DNA of 64,000 nucleotides, taken from contig NC_047064.1 in NCBI RefSeq assembly GCF_902459465.1, forward strand, positions 704,762-768,761, written 5' to 3'. Positions 1 to 13,128 of this stretch are shown piece after piece. The DNA is from Asterias rubens. Lineage: Eukaryota. Made by a program: the position numbers and the translations under genes. Below the pieces are notes generated by a model. That model had not been told where the DNA came from and made no database searches. It was given only the letters and a program-made list of their open reading frames with translations. How positions within the stretch are numbered: position 1 is the stretch's first letter; each line of letters begins with the position of its first letter.

Positions 1-3000
1 ATTTGTGCATTCTTTCATGAAGGATAGTCTTTTGTGATGAATTTAGCTTTTTTAAATTTTGGCTGAGTCACTCAATGACATGAAGCTCCGACATTGCATC
101 CATTTTTCCAATTAATTTTGATGAGTAGATTTTATCAATCACATTAGAGCAGGAGTGTTGGTTTGTAAAGATTTTCTAAATCAAAACCTAATAAGAGAAA
201 CAGATTTATTTAATTTATATTACATGTAATTTGTTTCCAGCAGGACACTTGATTCTTATACCAAGGCAGTTTTCAAAGGGCACCTCGATTGGCAACCTAA
301 AACTCTGCTGGTACATTTTGACAAGGGGCACCAAGGCAATTATGGTGTCAAGTGCCTCCATTGCTTACTGTGAACAATCATGCCCCCTATAATCTTTAGA
401 CTCCAAGAATATTCACAAAAAGTGAAAAGTCTGACAGCAGGAAAAGGGCATGAATTAAATTTCATCATTCATAATCTTCAACTTAAGAGAAAAATTTGAC
501 ACATTTTGTTTTAAGTGTCTAATTACTTAACTCAAGAATACCTTGACGATTCAATGTATTAGAGCCTGAAGCCTAAATTAATATAAAACCAGAAAGTATC
601 CTCATAGAAGAAGTTTCAGCCAGGATTTGGTAAAAAGGTGTCCAAATTTGATGGAAATTTACAAAATGTCCAAACTATTGACTTACAATACACTACATGG
701 AAAGAGATGATAAACGAGGCATCCAAGTAAAACAGGGTGTCAAAAAGACACCCAGACATCGCTCTGGTTAATACTATGTTTGTAGTAGAAGACTAGTTCA
801 CAAGTAAATGGTTGGGTTTTCTAATCCCCAATCTCCAGTTGGATTATGTAAAGACACGATTTTGTTTTTGAACTAAACTCAAAGAATGGGGTGATGATTC
901 AAATCTAAGTCAATCTATGACTAGCGGGATGCCGCGCAAAGCACAGCATCCTGCTAGTCCATATAAAACCAGGTATCCAAACAGAAGACTACAACAAGAA
1001 AATGGCAATGTCTTCTAACATAAACTCAGATCATTCGGAATGTCTTAAGACTTGGTTTAGTCTCCATCTCATCCCAAACCTTACCTGTACAACGACAACA
1101 ACACTTCTGGGTCCTACCCCAGATATATTTCTTGAAATATAACGGCCCTTCATCTGAATCACCATGGCAACCAAACTCTCCAGGCATAATGAAGAGAGTC
1201 AACTCTCGTAATCAACAGAAGAGAGTATGACTTGTCTCAACAAAGACACAGCAGCGCTTTTAATCGATATCTCACTGACAAAGAGTCAATGAGGGGGAAA
1301 CTGTTAAACAATGACAAGTCAGCGCCCCAATGATCATCGGATACTTAGCAACACATGCCACTTTCAAGAACTAATTACATAAATTAATTGCCACTGAGGG
1401 GTTCTTTATAGTAGCATCGAGGGTTAACAAATACTCTCAGCAATATCCAATCTAATCCCGCTGTATGAACATGTGACTAAACCTAACCAACCTGACTGGT
1501 TGGAGAACAGCAAAGATATCATGAAAGCGTTACAAGAATCCTAGTGCAACACGGAGTACACTGCAATATCCATGGGGGGCTCTTGAAATTCAAAGCAGAG
1601 GGGCATGAGGGGCCTTTGTGATTAGAATGCTAAGCCTCAATATTTGTACCTAGCTTGATTTTTTGTGTGAAGAATGACCACGTTTAGCAAGTTGACCTAA
1701 TTTGCTTCATTCTCTAAATACATCGAACATTCTTTCAGCGTTGGTTTCTGTTGTCGAAGGTAACTTGATTGAGAACCTCTTAACCTTGTGCCGCTTAAAT
1801 TCATAAACCGACATTTCTTTGCAGCAGAGATATTGAATTGAAAAGTATGTATATAGTTTCCTTTGTGTCATTCTGAACTACTGACAGGTGGACAGAGCAG
1901 GTGAGATCTAGGAGTCTTTGGTGGCATGTTTTCACAGGACAGAAAAAGCACCCCAAACAAATAAGAACAAAACCTTGCGCTTACCAGAATAAGGTTAACA
2001 GCCCAAATACATTTGTGTATGGTTTCGTACTAATGTTTGGCTGAGCAGAAGTTTTAGAAGCAGTGTTTTACTTTCAAACAACTTTAGGAAAGCATGCCCA
2101 GATAGGCCTACATGTATGTTGGTGGATGGGCAGCTACATGTAAAAGAGAGTTAAAATGTAAAATTAAAAGTAGGGCAATAGATTGGTCCAAAGATTATTA
2201 AAAACATGGTGAGAGGTACTGCCTCTGTTGATAGTTTTTAAAAACTACTTGATAAAGGATTCCGGTGGAAGTATTATAGGGTTTGGATAATTTGTCTCCC
2301 AAAACTTTAAATTTTAGAAATTACTTAGTTAAATGCAAGAATCATTTCTCAAATTTCTGAGGTTTGGTGTCCATTCGCATTCACCACCAGAGACGCAGAT
2401 TGTACTCGCTGTAATGTGCCCAAACGTGGATAGACTCAATGTTCATGTGAAAATACCATGCAAGATTTTTACTGTTTTCTTAGCAAGATAGACTGTATTC
2501 TTTGTTCAACCATGGAGGTCCTCCATGGTTCAACCCCAAAACACTGTATTCATCTGGAACTTTCACAGGTGACTTTCTGTACAATTTTGCCAATAAATAT
2601 AACCATTATGTTAACAAAAACAACAATGACCCAACTTTAAGTCTATTCCAATCAGTTCACATCAATAAAATACATTTAATTGATTTGTAACTGTTGCAAC
2701 TTTGCTGCGCAGTAAGCACAGGAAAGTTATGCTCTCCAGAAAAAAAGGTGTGTTGACAGGTTTAAATTGTCAACTGTGTACATAGAAATTAAAGTCATAC
2801 TGCCTAGTGCATCATGGACAATAAACCATTGAAACAACCATGGAGGTAGAAATAGATTTCTATTTCTACCTCCATGACACAACTAACCTGAACCCAAAAC
2901 TTAACCACCCATACTGAGTAAGGTGTAAAAATCACACAGGTCTTTATAAATCATCGAGACATGAGGAATGTAATAAGAAGATCTCATTAATCTGATCAAT

Positions 3001-4179
3001 AACCAGGATTGTTGGATAATAAATCACAGCCCTTTTAGCAGTAGTCCGTAAAATAGTATTGCAGTGAAAGAATAAAAGGTTGACAAATAACCCAATGCCT
3101 AGCTACTGCTGTATGGAGCATTTGTGTAGATACTGAGGGTTGTTTTGTTTGAACTGTTGCCCTTAAGTAATCAAAAGTTCAATAAGAATGGGTGCTAACC
3201 TTTGGCATAATCAGCTTGGTGTTGCCAACACAAACTCCCTAAATATACAATCTGTAAAGCAACCTACAGGTCAATCATACATGGCACCCAGTGTGTCCAA
3301 ATGCTTCAGTTGATGTTCTCAAGCAAGGTGATTTATTTCAATTATACAATGCTACACATGGACTCGGGAGTATTGTTTAAAATGTATCAAGTAAAAGCCA
3401 CAAGGGGAATGGACTGGGTAATTTTTTGGTTGAACAAAGAAAACTGGACTAGAGCAGGACATGAACTTGCAACCTCCCGATCAACATGCAAGCACTCTAA
3501 TAATTGTGCTAGTTGGGGTGGTTTCCTTAATTTGTCAATATCCTGTACTGCAAATAGCCAGGAATCCCACCCAAGTTTATGATACAACCTGTGAAACTGC
3601 AGCAGGGGGATCACCTTTAAATGCATGTAGTATGAACAAATTTATCTTTAATTTGTCCCTATGATAACAGTTCTTAGATAGGACATGCAACATGAGAAGT
3701 TATTGATAAAATCAATAAGTAACAGGATTAGCTAAAACAAACATGGTTGATATGTTTCTGGACACTAGGGTATCAAAATAGATCTGCTGGCATTGAGGAC
3801 AGTTTTGAGAGGGAATCTTAATGAAAAAAATATCTGTATGTGAAGCATTCTGTTCACCAGAATGTTTACATTCAGAAATGGTTTAAGTAAACACTTGTAT
3901 ACATTTTTTATGTATGAATATGGTATTGTCACATACAAACAATTGTCTGTAGCAAGTGTTTCGTAAATGTATCTGATTTCATTTTAACAGCTCGGTCTTT
4001 TTTCTTGTAACAAATTAATAATTAACACTTTTTAGAACATAATGAATAGGCCAAGATAAAAACAAATTGTTTTTGTTTTGTTGACATCTTCATTATGTGG
4101 GATGATGGAGGACTAAGGTGTGTACTAAATGACACAATTTTTGTTTCTATATAGCTGACCAATTGAAAACTAAAGTCAG

Positions 4180-4263
4180 TTAATCTGTTAGTTTCTTTAG
4201 TTAATCTGTTAGTTTCTTTAGTTAATTTGTTAGTTTCTTTAGTTAATCTGTTAGTTTCTTTGG
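4180..4263 (+). repeat. 4× tandem repeat of the 21-bp unit GTTAATCTGTTAGTTTCTTTA
   Basis: Visible directly. Confidence 0.85.
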
Positions 4264-5129
4264 CTATTATTTAGGCATGTAAATAGAAGTGATACATTTT
4301 TCTTTGGTCAACTTTGTCTTATATTTACTTCAAAGCCATAAGAAAAGCAATATTGGTGTGAACCAAAAAAAAATTGGTGTGAAACTATCAATTTAACATG
4401 GGAATTGTTGACATTACAAGAAAAAGACTGTCGATCTCACAATGCGCAGTGCCTCTACCCTTTTTTTGACATTTGTTTTGCTTGCACTTTGACTCCCAAA
4501 ATTGTAAACAGGATAGTTAGTGATAACTGCACTTAGCATCATAAAATGGGTCAATTGTTTTTAGTCCACAATCTAAGTGACCAGTGAGTCTGTTTTCTAC
4601 AGACAGAAAGTTTCTCAAAATTTGATATTTGGAACTATTATTTGCCCAGGGCTCAAGATGTTGGCTGTCGTTTGCTATAGTTGTTTTGGATTCGATTTTT
4701 CTGTTTTGTTTTGTTTTTTTGCCTATTATAGTTACTTGTTAAAACTTACAGTGTACTGCAGTTTTGCAATAGACCACCATTGATATTTTTAACCAAAGTT
4801 CTTGTCTGTGTTTTTTTTAACTTGCCCTATAAACAATTGTATCTTGGACTTGGACAACCACTAAAAGAGCTTTTCAACCCTACTAATAATTTTTTTTTAA
4901 ATCCCACATTCTCTTTTCAAAGATTAACAAAGCATTAATCATAACCCAAGTTTTGCAATTTTGTCAACAACAAAAATGCTAAAATGGCAAACTTATCTTA
5001 CCTCTGGTTCTTTTCCAAAATTGCAACTTCTTTCAAGAAGAAATCATTTTATTATCTCCTATTTTTTCTCACTTCACACGGTTCCATGAACCAAAGCTTC
5101 AAATCTACTTTTTATCACAAAATACTTAC

Positions 5130-5658
5130 TTGCATGACCAGTTGCCCAACCAGGAGTTGACTTATTAGCACCGTAGTTCATCTTCTTAAATTTCTCAAAG
5201 GATGCACAAACGTACGATTCTCCGTCTTTCAAGTTCTCGATATCCGTGATAGATACACCAGTGTCTGGTTGATAAATCTTTCTCACTCCATAAGGGAGGG
5301 ACATGTGTTTTGTTAACTCACTCAAGAGGGTTTCAAACGTCTGGAATCGATTTGGAGTTATCCGTAACCGTTTCCCCCGGAAGTAACGGTCGCCATTCCT
5401 GTAGAAGAGAAGCTGCCTTGGTCTGCGCAAGTCTTGATATTGCTCCTCTGTGATGTCTTTATGCTGTTGCGAGACACTGACATCCGAGTTGCGACTAGCC
5501 ACCAGCATGGTGTTGTCCTCTTGAGCTTGAACAAGTTTCTTGCGAGCTCTTGCTGCTGGGGCTGGGGGGACATCTGAGTTGTTGAAGGGGTAGGCAAGAA
5601 GGGTGTCGTTGGCGTTGGTGTTCATACGTCTTGCTGAGTTTTTACGAACGCGTCCCAT
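5130..5658 (-). CDS. Doublecortin (DCX) domain protein, first coding exon (ATG at 5658; later exons not located)
   Basis: The 194-aa minus ORF contains a canonical DCX domain (…RPRQLLFYRNGDRYFRGKRLRITPNRFQTFETLLSELTKHMSLPYGVRKIYQPDTGVSITDIENLKDGESYVCASFEKFKKMNYG), DCDC2/RP1-like. A GTAAGT donor on the minus strand lies right after codon 176 (+5129..5124), so the exon ends in phase 1. The ORF tail SKYFVIK… is intron read-through. Confidence 0.7.
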
Positions 5659-6065
5659 AATTTAATAACATCCTCTCCCAGTGTTGGGGTGTCATTTTGG
5701 TTGCAATTCAGTGTTATCTACAATTAAAAAAAATTAAAAAAATTCATTAAGCATTTTTTCAAACAAAATTTTAAAAGTTACCATTGTTGATGTGAAGACA
5801 CTCCACTAACACGCTAACACTTATCCACTACTCTTAATAATTACTTCCATAAAAAAAAATCACATCAATTAGATTTTGTTTTAATAAACGAAAAGATCAA
5901 ACAATTTAAAGCAATCGCACAAACAAGCAACATCGGTAAACAGTTTTGTCCAAAGGCCCGCACTTTGTTTATCAAAACTTATACATAAATAAACAAACCA
6001 GAGAAAATTTAGGTTCAATCGCAATCGTTCATCGGAGTCAGGAGAAAATAACGGGAAAACTCACT

Positions 6066-6300
6066 CTTGTTCTGCACATTTCGCCATGTCATGACATGTG
6101 TTTAAAATAAATCTGGTATTCTCGATATCGAGAATTTATAATTGTTGTAATGTTTTCTCAAAAAGTAAAGCATTTCATGGAATAATATTTTAAGGGAAGT
6201 CTGTCACCATAACTTCCGTAAACCCTTTAAAGTTATTTGTAAATCTGTGAACTTTTAATTTTTGTTCTGTTCAGAGAGTGTCCAATGGCTTTAAATCTTT
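6066..6300 (+). repeat. ~235 bp dispersed repeat; second copy at 58668-58900 (same orientation)
   Basis: The sequence gcacatttcgcc(a/g)tgtcatgacatgtgtttaaaataaatc…gtaaagcatttcatggaataatattt…gttatttgtaaatctgtgaactt…caatggctttaa is shared at about 90% identity. Confidence 0.8.
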
Positions 6301-7014
6301 CTTTTTTTAAGTAATTACTGATTTTTTTAAAATAGCAAATTAAAAAGTAATTTAAAAAAAAATTTGTTATTTTATTTATTTATTATTGTTTGTAGACCTA
6401 ATAGTAATATATATATATTACTAGCCTAATTTATTTTATACATATTTTATTTTCAGCGTTGAAATTTCATCGTAAAAGTATTTATAAACAAAATACAGAA
6501 ATTTGATATTGTTAAGTTATGGCCACAGGAAGTAATCTCCATGGAAAACGAACTTACGAACTACAGCCTTTGTCAGCAGAAAGTGAGCAAGCAACTTGAT
6601 GCCAGTTCGTGGGCATTGTGGGCCCGTGGAGACGGCGAAAGAACAACGTCCACGGGTTGGCTTGTTCGTTCGGACCTCGGACATGTCGGAGGTAGAAATA
6701 CCTCCATGCTCGGACTCTTTTCATCAACACTCCTCCCATTTATAATCACTTACAATTCTACAAATAAAATCATACATACCTCGATGTTTTATTGCGGCAA
6801 ATGTCACATTTTTATCGAACTTCTCGTCACATTATTTCTAAATTTGACTGTCATTAATAATTTAAGAACACTTCGCGCAAGGAAAGGCTCAGCACTAAGT
6901 TGTGTATCCATGAAAATGTCCATCGCGATTACAAGCAGTCTGGTATCCACTAAGTATGCTATTACTCGCGCATGGGATGACCACGGAGCCTGACTAGATA
7001 AATCTGTCAATCAA

Positions 7015-7030
7015 TTAATGACGTCATGGG
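7015..7030. promoter_or_regulatory. Palindromic CRE-like motif TGACGTCA in the GC-richer region upstream of the DCX-domain gene
   Basis: aatgacgtcatgg at 7017-7029. It lies about 1.4 kb upstream (minus-strand sense) of ATG 5658. This is motif-level evidence only. Confidence 0.2.
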
Positions 7031-9339
7031 TTTGCGGCTGTGGTAGTTGTTACCAAGTTACTGTGCTGGATGGTGTAAACAATAATAGTTGGGGATTTCT
7101 TTGGGCTTACGTGATCATCTATCTTCTGTTTATTCAAGCGTGACTTATCCATCACAGTTCGGTCGTGAAAAACTTTGAAAATATGGGGGTTTTCTTGATT
7201 TTTTTGTTGTAAAAACGAGTTCTACATAACTTGTCAAGTGTTTTAATCCCTAACATGTTATAAAAAGAGATCGGTTATTTTTGCGTTCATGCTCCAATTT
7301 GCAATCGGCTTTGTTCACAAGCCGCCGATGAATGCAACTGTATTATTATTAAAGGGTTTAGTGAAGCTACACGATATCCAGTGAGTTTATACACCTACAT
7401 TACAGGAATATGAAAATGAAAATTCCATGCTAAGGTGTAATTAACAATCTTATCGATAAAAAAAAACTTATAGCTTTACAAAACAAATTGTGTTGTAGGC
7501 CTAAACGGCACAATTATATTTATAATTCGTCACAATTTTAAAACTACACAATTTTAGCTGACAAGCACAACAGATCAATATTATTTTTGGCCGGTTGCGT
7601 GAATAAAGGTTGTGCATTTACATAACAACTATTTCAACATTTAAAAATATAAAACAAAACAGCCCTTTCCACGTAAAAAAAAAGAAAACATTTTTTTTTC
7701 AAGTCTTCAATGATAGTTTTTTTCAACAAACTCTTCATATGAAACATTTTGTTGTTTTTTAATATGTATTCTTTGAACGCTGCAAAATAGCGGATCGGTC
7801 TCGTGTTCCACTTTTTTGGACGAAAACATAATAATTATGTAGATTACCTTTTTCGACTGCTTTAAAACATTTCTGTTATAGCAAAGAAAGTAGGACTTCA
7901 AATTTCCCCGGGCCCCGTAATACGCGCTTTGCCATATTTGATTTTAAATGTAAATTGATAATGAATGAATGAATGCGCCAGGGGAATGAAGATTTCCAAA
8001 GACTCGTAAAAGCACCCCCTCCCCCTATATTCCTTAATAAGCAAAACACAACCACTGTCCCACCCGTCACCCTGCTCATTGGAGGAGAGACAGCGACCAA
8101 TGTCTGAAAAAGACGGATGGATGCTTCTCTTTTGGACTCGAGCGCTGGAATTTGTATACAAATATTGGGGTACAGAGTCTCCGGCGTGCATCTCCCTGCC
8201 ACACCAGGTCTGAAAAAACGTCAACAGAGGGCGCAGTAGCTTATTAGCAGTATCAAGTGACACGGCCTAACTATCCATTGCTAAATGCTAATAATTAATA
8301 TTCAATAATACTATTTTTTTTAAACTAAACTAAACAAAAAAATGTTAGTTGAGACCATAGAGCAACTTCCTTGCTCTTTGTTGAAACAAAAAAAAGCAAA
8401 TGTTCGGATAACTAAACAATTTCTATTTTGTTCCTTTTTTGGAGTGTTTACAAAGTATCCCAGAAAAACACCCAATGTGTTTTTTGCTCTACCTGACTTG
8501 CTGCCAGTTTTCATGAAACACTCCTCCACTTATTTTTGTTGAGAATAACTTTTACCTTAAATTATTACCGTGAATTGGTCAGCACTTAGGGATGTTGGGT
8601 TGTCTATTGGTGTGATGGTTACAATCGTCACAACTAGGTTAATATTTTTTGTTATAAATATATGCAAATAAATTGCTATTTTTCTTATACTTTGTATGGC
8701 CAAACTGTAAATAATTATATAAAACGGCAGTTTATTATACTATTTCTAATAACGATCAACTAAGTTGTGTTTGAAGCGTTGCTGCTGTTGCATGTTGTTG
8801 AAAATCAGAAGTACCTATAACTAGTTAATTTGCAGCGACAACCATGAGTCAATCAATGAGCAGAATATACTGTTTGGAAATGTTGGAACCACACTGCACT
8901 TTTCAAAGCCATTATTCATCCCAAAGGAGATTTAGTTGTAACAGCAAGTTATTTCTGAATAAGCTTATTAAAAATGAAAATCTAAACAATGTTGTTTTGC
9001 TTTCTTACAGACAGAATTTTATTATCCAAATATGTTTCATGAAATCAATATTAACATAATTTTAAAATCTTTTCACATCCATTTTGTTTCATTATTTTGT
9101 TATATCAAAACTGGCAAAGAATAAAACACAAACAGAATAAAGATATTGACAAACTAGGGAGACCACAAACTTGTCTTAGTTCAACCCTTAATCATTCTAA
9201 ATTAACCCGTTTAGTTTCCCAATCAAAGTTTAGATGGTGATCCCCTTACCACTTGGGTGTGATCCTTGATACAATGCAGTTAACAATCATTATGGCTTCT
9301 GACTGGCACTACAGAACAAAGATATTGTCAAAATAGGGA

Positions 9340-9425
9340 GGCCACCAACATAGGGCTAGATAGCTTAGTCGATAGTGTGCCAGTACAGTCGCCCAGAGGA
9401 CGACGGTTCAAATCCCTCTAGTAAA
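9340..9425 (+). mobile_element. tRNA-derived fragment (gggctagatagcttagtcgatag…ggttcaaatccc)
   Basis: D-arm and T-arm-like motifs are present, but there is no pairing acceptor stem, so it is a SINE or pseudo-tRNA. Confidence 0.45.
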
Positions 9426-10374
9426 TTTCTCTTTGTTCAACCCCAAAAAATTAATAATTTTACTAAATCAGTTTCCCTTGTGGTTGATTTTGTTGGTGTT
9501 TAAAGTTAAGATCACTCACATAGAAAAAGTATACTTTCTTCAACAAAAAATCCTTTGTAACCCCACCCTCTCAAAAAAAAAAAAAAAATAAAGAAAACGT
9601 TCTTTGTGATTGCTTTCAGACTACCTGTATGACACCGATACACAGTCTGATAATACTTAATGTTATAAGCCATTTGCAAGTTATATTTGAATAACGCCTG
9701 GTGCAATTACTTGCGTGTTCACTGGTATATGCTACAGTTGAATTTGTCAGACTAAACATTGCTACATCATTATCCTTTAAAGCACCCAAACAAATGCAAT
9801 GACAAAATGCTTTGGGGATTTGTAAACAAAGGCCCCAGGAATTTGTAAACAAGGGCTCGGGTGTGAAGCATTTTAACAACTGATAGTCAGACAACTGAAG
9901 TTTTTTTCCTGTTTGTTTAAGCTGATACTAAAATAGACGATACAAAAATGAAAATATTTGAATACAAATAGTTATTAACTACTTAGTGTGAATTTGTGGG
10001 GGTGTTCCACCGGTTACGAAAGCTTACAGCTAACAATGCGACATAGCAATAGTCTGACAAATTCAAATTGAGCATCACATGAGACAAAGTAAGGCATCAT
10101 TCAAATCTAACTTTAGGCCGTGTCCAAATTAACAGCTTTGGGTGTGGCATCAGCGGCATTGCTGAAAACAATGTCGCTTTAGCAACAGCCACAGCCATAG
10201 CCATTGAGCTGGACAAAGCCTTCCCTGAAACCAAATGGTTTATTCTTAGGTCCAATTTCATAGAGCTACTTAAATATTTGAACTTGATTTTGAGAACTCA
10301 GAATTAGAATTAAAAGGTCCCAAAATCAAGCATCTGAAAGCACACAACTTCGTGTGACAAGGGTGTTATTCTTC

Positions 10375-10515
10375 CATTATTATCTCACAACTTCAACAAC
10401 CAATTGAGTTCAAATTTTCACAGGTTTGTTAGTTTGTGCATATATAATGTTGAGATACACCAAGTGAGAATACAGATCTTCGAAAATTACCAAAGGTGTC
10501 CTTTGTCTTTAAGCA
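10375..10515 (+). mobile_element. MITE family 1, 3' partial copy
   Basis: The sequence is …gttgagatacaccaagtgagaatac…aattaccaaaggtgtcctttgtctttaagc. Confidence 0.55.
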
Positions 10516-10755
10516 GGAAATATTGCTTAATAATGTTCTGCTAAGCAGACTGATCTTTGACACGAACCAAAGGTGGCCAGTGTCTTTAAGCAGGAAATAT
10601 TGTTAACAATGTTCTGCTAAGCAGAAATGATAGTATACCAGTCATAAATGGAACATGCGAAATGGTATTTTGGCTGGTAACCTTATCCTAGTAAGGATAA
10701 TTACTTTGTGCTTAGTAACTTTTTGTGCTTGAGCAGCTGGACTATAAATCTGAAA

Positions 10756-11110
10756 TCAAGTCCATTCATCATGTGTTTTGTGACTGGAGTTACGGCCTTG
10801 TGACCGATGCTGAGTGTCCTGCTGTCTTTCATTCGGTCTCTCATTAGACCATCTATCATGGCGACCATCAGAGTATCGTTCTCGTTGACCTCTTTGGGGT
10901 TGTGACCCTTGACCTTGTCTATCTCGCTGTCTCCAGTCTTGATTATGAGAAGAATTACCCCATTGTTGATTACGACCCTGTTGACCCCATCCACCGTCCC
11001 TCTCACGATGGTGACCTCCATGATGACCTCCATGTTGACCTCTATGATCGTATTGTGGCCTCTTTGAAGGACCGTAACCTCTGTCTTGGTTATTTCTATG
11101 ATCCTGGTAA
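10756..11110 (-). CDS. Unrecognised protein, terminal exon; Arg/Gly/Gln/His-rich low-complexity tail (…GQHGGHHGGHHRERDGGWGQQGRNQQWG…RQRDRQGQGSQPQRGQRERYSDGRHDRWSNERPNERQQ…), stop at 10756
   Basis: The acceptor is ccatAG| on the minus strand (+11112/11111). The frame is continuous with the upstream exon (AG+T gives Ser, then YQDHRNNQDRGYG…). This is a 130-aa ORF in the six-frame track. Confidence 0.5.
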
Positions 11111-11454
11111 CTATGGTAACAAAAGAGAATAATTATAAATACACTCAAGGATAATTCAAAAGGTCAAGTTAATCCTTAAAATCCTTAATGCTTTAAATTG
11201 TTAACAAATTTGTTAAAAAACTCAATTCTTATAAAAACTGCACAAAATTGCATTTAGACTTTGATCATCAGTGGTCTGAATACACAACATTGGGAAAGTT
11301 ACTTCATCCAAAGAAAATAATAATGCAACCTGCGCTTGATTCATTGTAAGACAAGTTGCCAAAATCACCACCAGAAATTTATTTTGTGACATATTTGCTT
11401 AGCAATTAAGAAGGATACATGGTTAAGATCATGTGAATTGCTGTAACACCACTA

Positions 11455-11555
11455 ATATCTCTTTTGAGCAGTTGTTAACCACTGGTTCTTTTCAGAGCCA
11501 ACACTACTCAAAAGAGATATTCACATGGTGGTGTTACCCACAAACCTCTCTTAGT
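11455..11555. repeat. ~100 bp hairpin element ('ggttcttttcag…catggtggtgttacc(c/g)caaacctctc'); further copies at 18775-18860, 39090-39180 and 21730-21790
   Basis: It has an internal inverted repeat atatctcttttgag…ctcaaaagagatat. The other copies share the motif 'acggttcttttcaga.cc.acac…agagat.ttcacat.gtgttacc.caaacct'. Confidence 0.6.
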
Positions 11556-11566
11556 TAACAACAAAC

Positions 11567-11790
11567 CTGTCATTCCAGCTTCTCTTTTGTTGTCTGATGA
11601 AGTAATTTTCCATGATGGGTGGGGGGTCCATTCCTTTGGTTTTATAGGGTTTGAAGAATGGATCGTCGTCACTGTACCTAGATGAAAACATCTCCTGATA
11701 TTTTTGGACTATATCTGAACTTGTTGGGTTTTCAGCAGATACTTTTTCTGTGCTAACATCTGTAGGTGTTTTGTCCCCTGCAGAATCCAT
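11567..11790 (-). CDS. Unrecognised protein, exon 1 (MDSAGDKTPTDVSTEKVSAENPTSSDIVQKYQEMFSSRYSDDDPFFKPYKTKGMDPPPIMENYFIRQQKRSWND…)
   Basis: A minus-strand ORF opens with ATG at 11790. An AG|GTTTGT donor (minus strand) follows at +11566/11565. The phase-2 end joins in frame to the exon at 10756-11110. Confidence 0.5.
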
Positions 11791-12961
11791 GGTGGGAAGC
11801 GTTACTTTGATCTGATATCTAAAACATAAGACTCCAGCGTTATGACCTGAAAAAAGGACAAGGAAATGTTATTTCCATTTTAATTTAGGTAATACCAGCT
11901 TTGAATAAATATATCACCAATTTCGTCAAAAAACAAGACAGAGTCACTCAAACAAACCACTATTTGTTGTTGTTTTCCGAATATAAAAGGTGACAACAAA
12001 AATGTATGGTTCACATTCACACACCAGAGCATGTGTGCCGACACCTTCAATCTGAAACCTCAAATCCTATTGTAGCTCTTTTGTTTGTACTTTTTGGCAA
12101 CATAACAGCTCCCATTGGTTTTGAGAACCTTCACTCAACCAGGAAGTTCACCTATTGTCCTCTTTTGTAAAATATAATAATTTTTATGTCCCTGGTGGTC
12201 AGAATTAACCCACTCACAGCTTGTTTAACTATTTTAATGATAGTTTTAAATAAAAATATAAAAATAATTACAGTATGCCATGTTTGGTTTGATTCCTCTC
12301 GTCTAATCTTACTAGTACTGCTCTTTTCCCCATTTAAACTTTGACTAGAGAATGTAAAATAGTTTTACAAGTATTATTATGTTGACCCCCCCCAAAAAAA
12401 AAAACAAAAAAAAACATTGGTTTTATTTAACGTCTGTGATTATGAATTGCACAAATCAAGAAATTGTGATTCATCTAGTTGATAATTTCTATTCATTATT
12501 GGGAAATCAGTGACTAGCTTTGATAGGATTCGAACCCACAGAATATCAATCACCCTTTAATTTAATTCCTTGTTTTGTTGTTAGTGATAAATTATTTCAT
12601 GAGTTGGTTAAATAAATTAAACTGCTACAGTACAAACTATAACTGTAGTCAGACCCAGTATGTGCCAATAACTCGGTCTTACAACCTAATTAACCATTCA
12701 AGTAAAAATTCAGAAAGAGGAGTACAGTGCAGACTTTTCAGCCATGGCAGAAAATTGTATTTTTTTGATGATGTTTTTTAATTTCACTCAACAAAAAGGA
12801 AATGCAAGCATTATGAATGTATATTGAGTAGGTTCGGGAAAGCTTTAGGTGTACAGTACACAGTAAACTTCAGTTCTGGCTGGCTAACGGTCGTGAAACT
12901 TTCACCCATCAACATTGATTTGAAAAACGTATAGCATTAAACATAAGGAGGCCCTATTGTG

Positions 12962-13128
12962 AGACCCCTATAATATAAATTGGAAAAGTTTCCGTATGGC
13001 GCCACCACTTTTTCATTCGATATGAAATAATATAGTATCTAATTTACCTCAATGAGATATCCCTTTTTGTAAAAATGAGTGAAACGGTGGTGGCGCCATA
13101 CGGAAAGTTATCCTATAAATGATCAGGC
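12962..13128. mobile_element. Small hairpin MITE (family 3; TIR GGATAACTTTCCGTATGGCGCCACCAC)
   Basis: Perfect long inverted repeats are visible: ggaaaagtttccgtatggcgccaccac … gtggtggcgccatacggaaagttatcc. Confidence 0.75.

Noticed and set aside
6541-6993. 150-aa plus-strand ORF (MENELTNYSLCQQKVSKQLD…)
   Set aside because: There is no domain similarity and it overlaps an opposite-strand ORF in a GC-richer putative promoter region, so a random ORF is likely.
9340-9425. Possible tRNA gene (GGGCTAGATAGCTTAGTCGATAG…GGTTCAAATCCC)
   Set aside because: There is no complementary acceptor stem and no credible anticodon arm. It is a SINE-type tRNA-derived fragment, like many others in the window.
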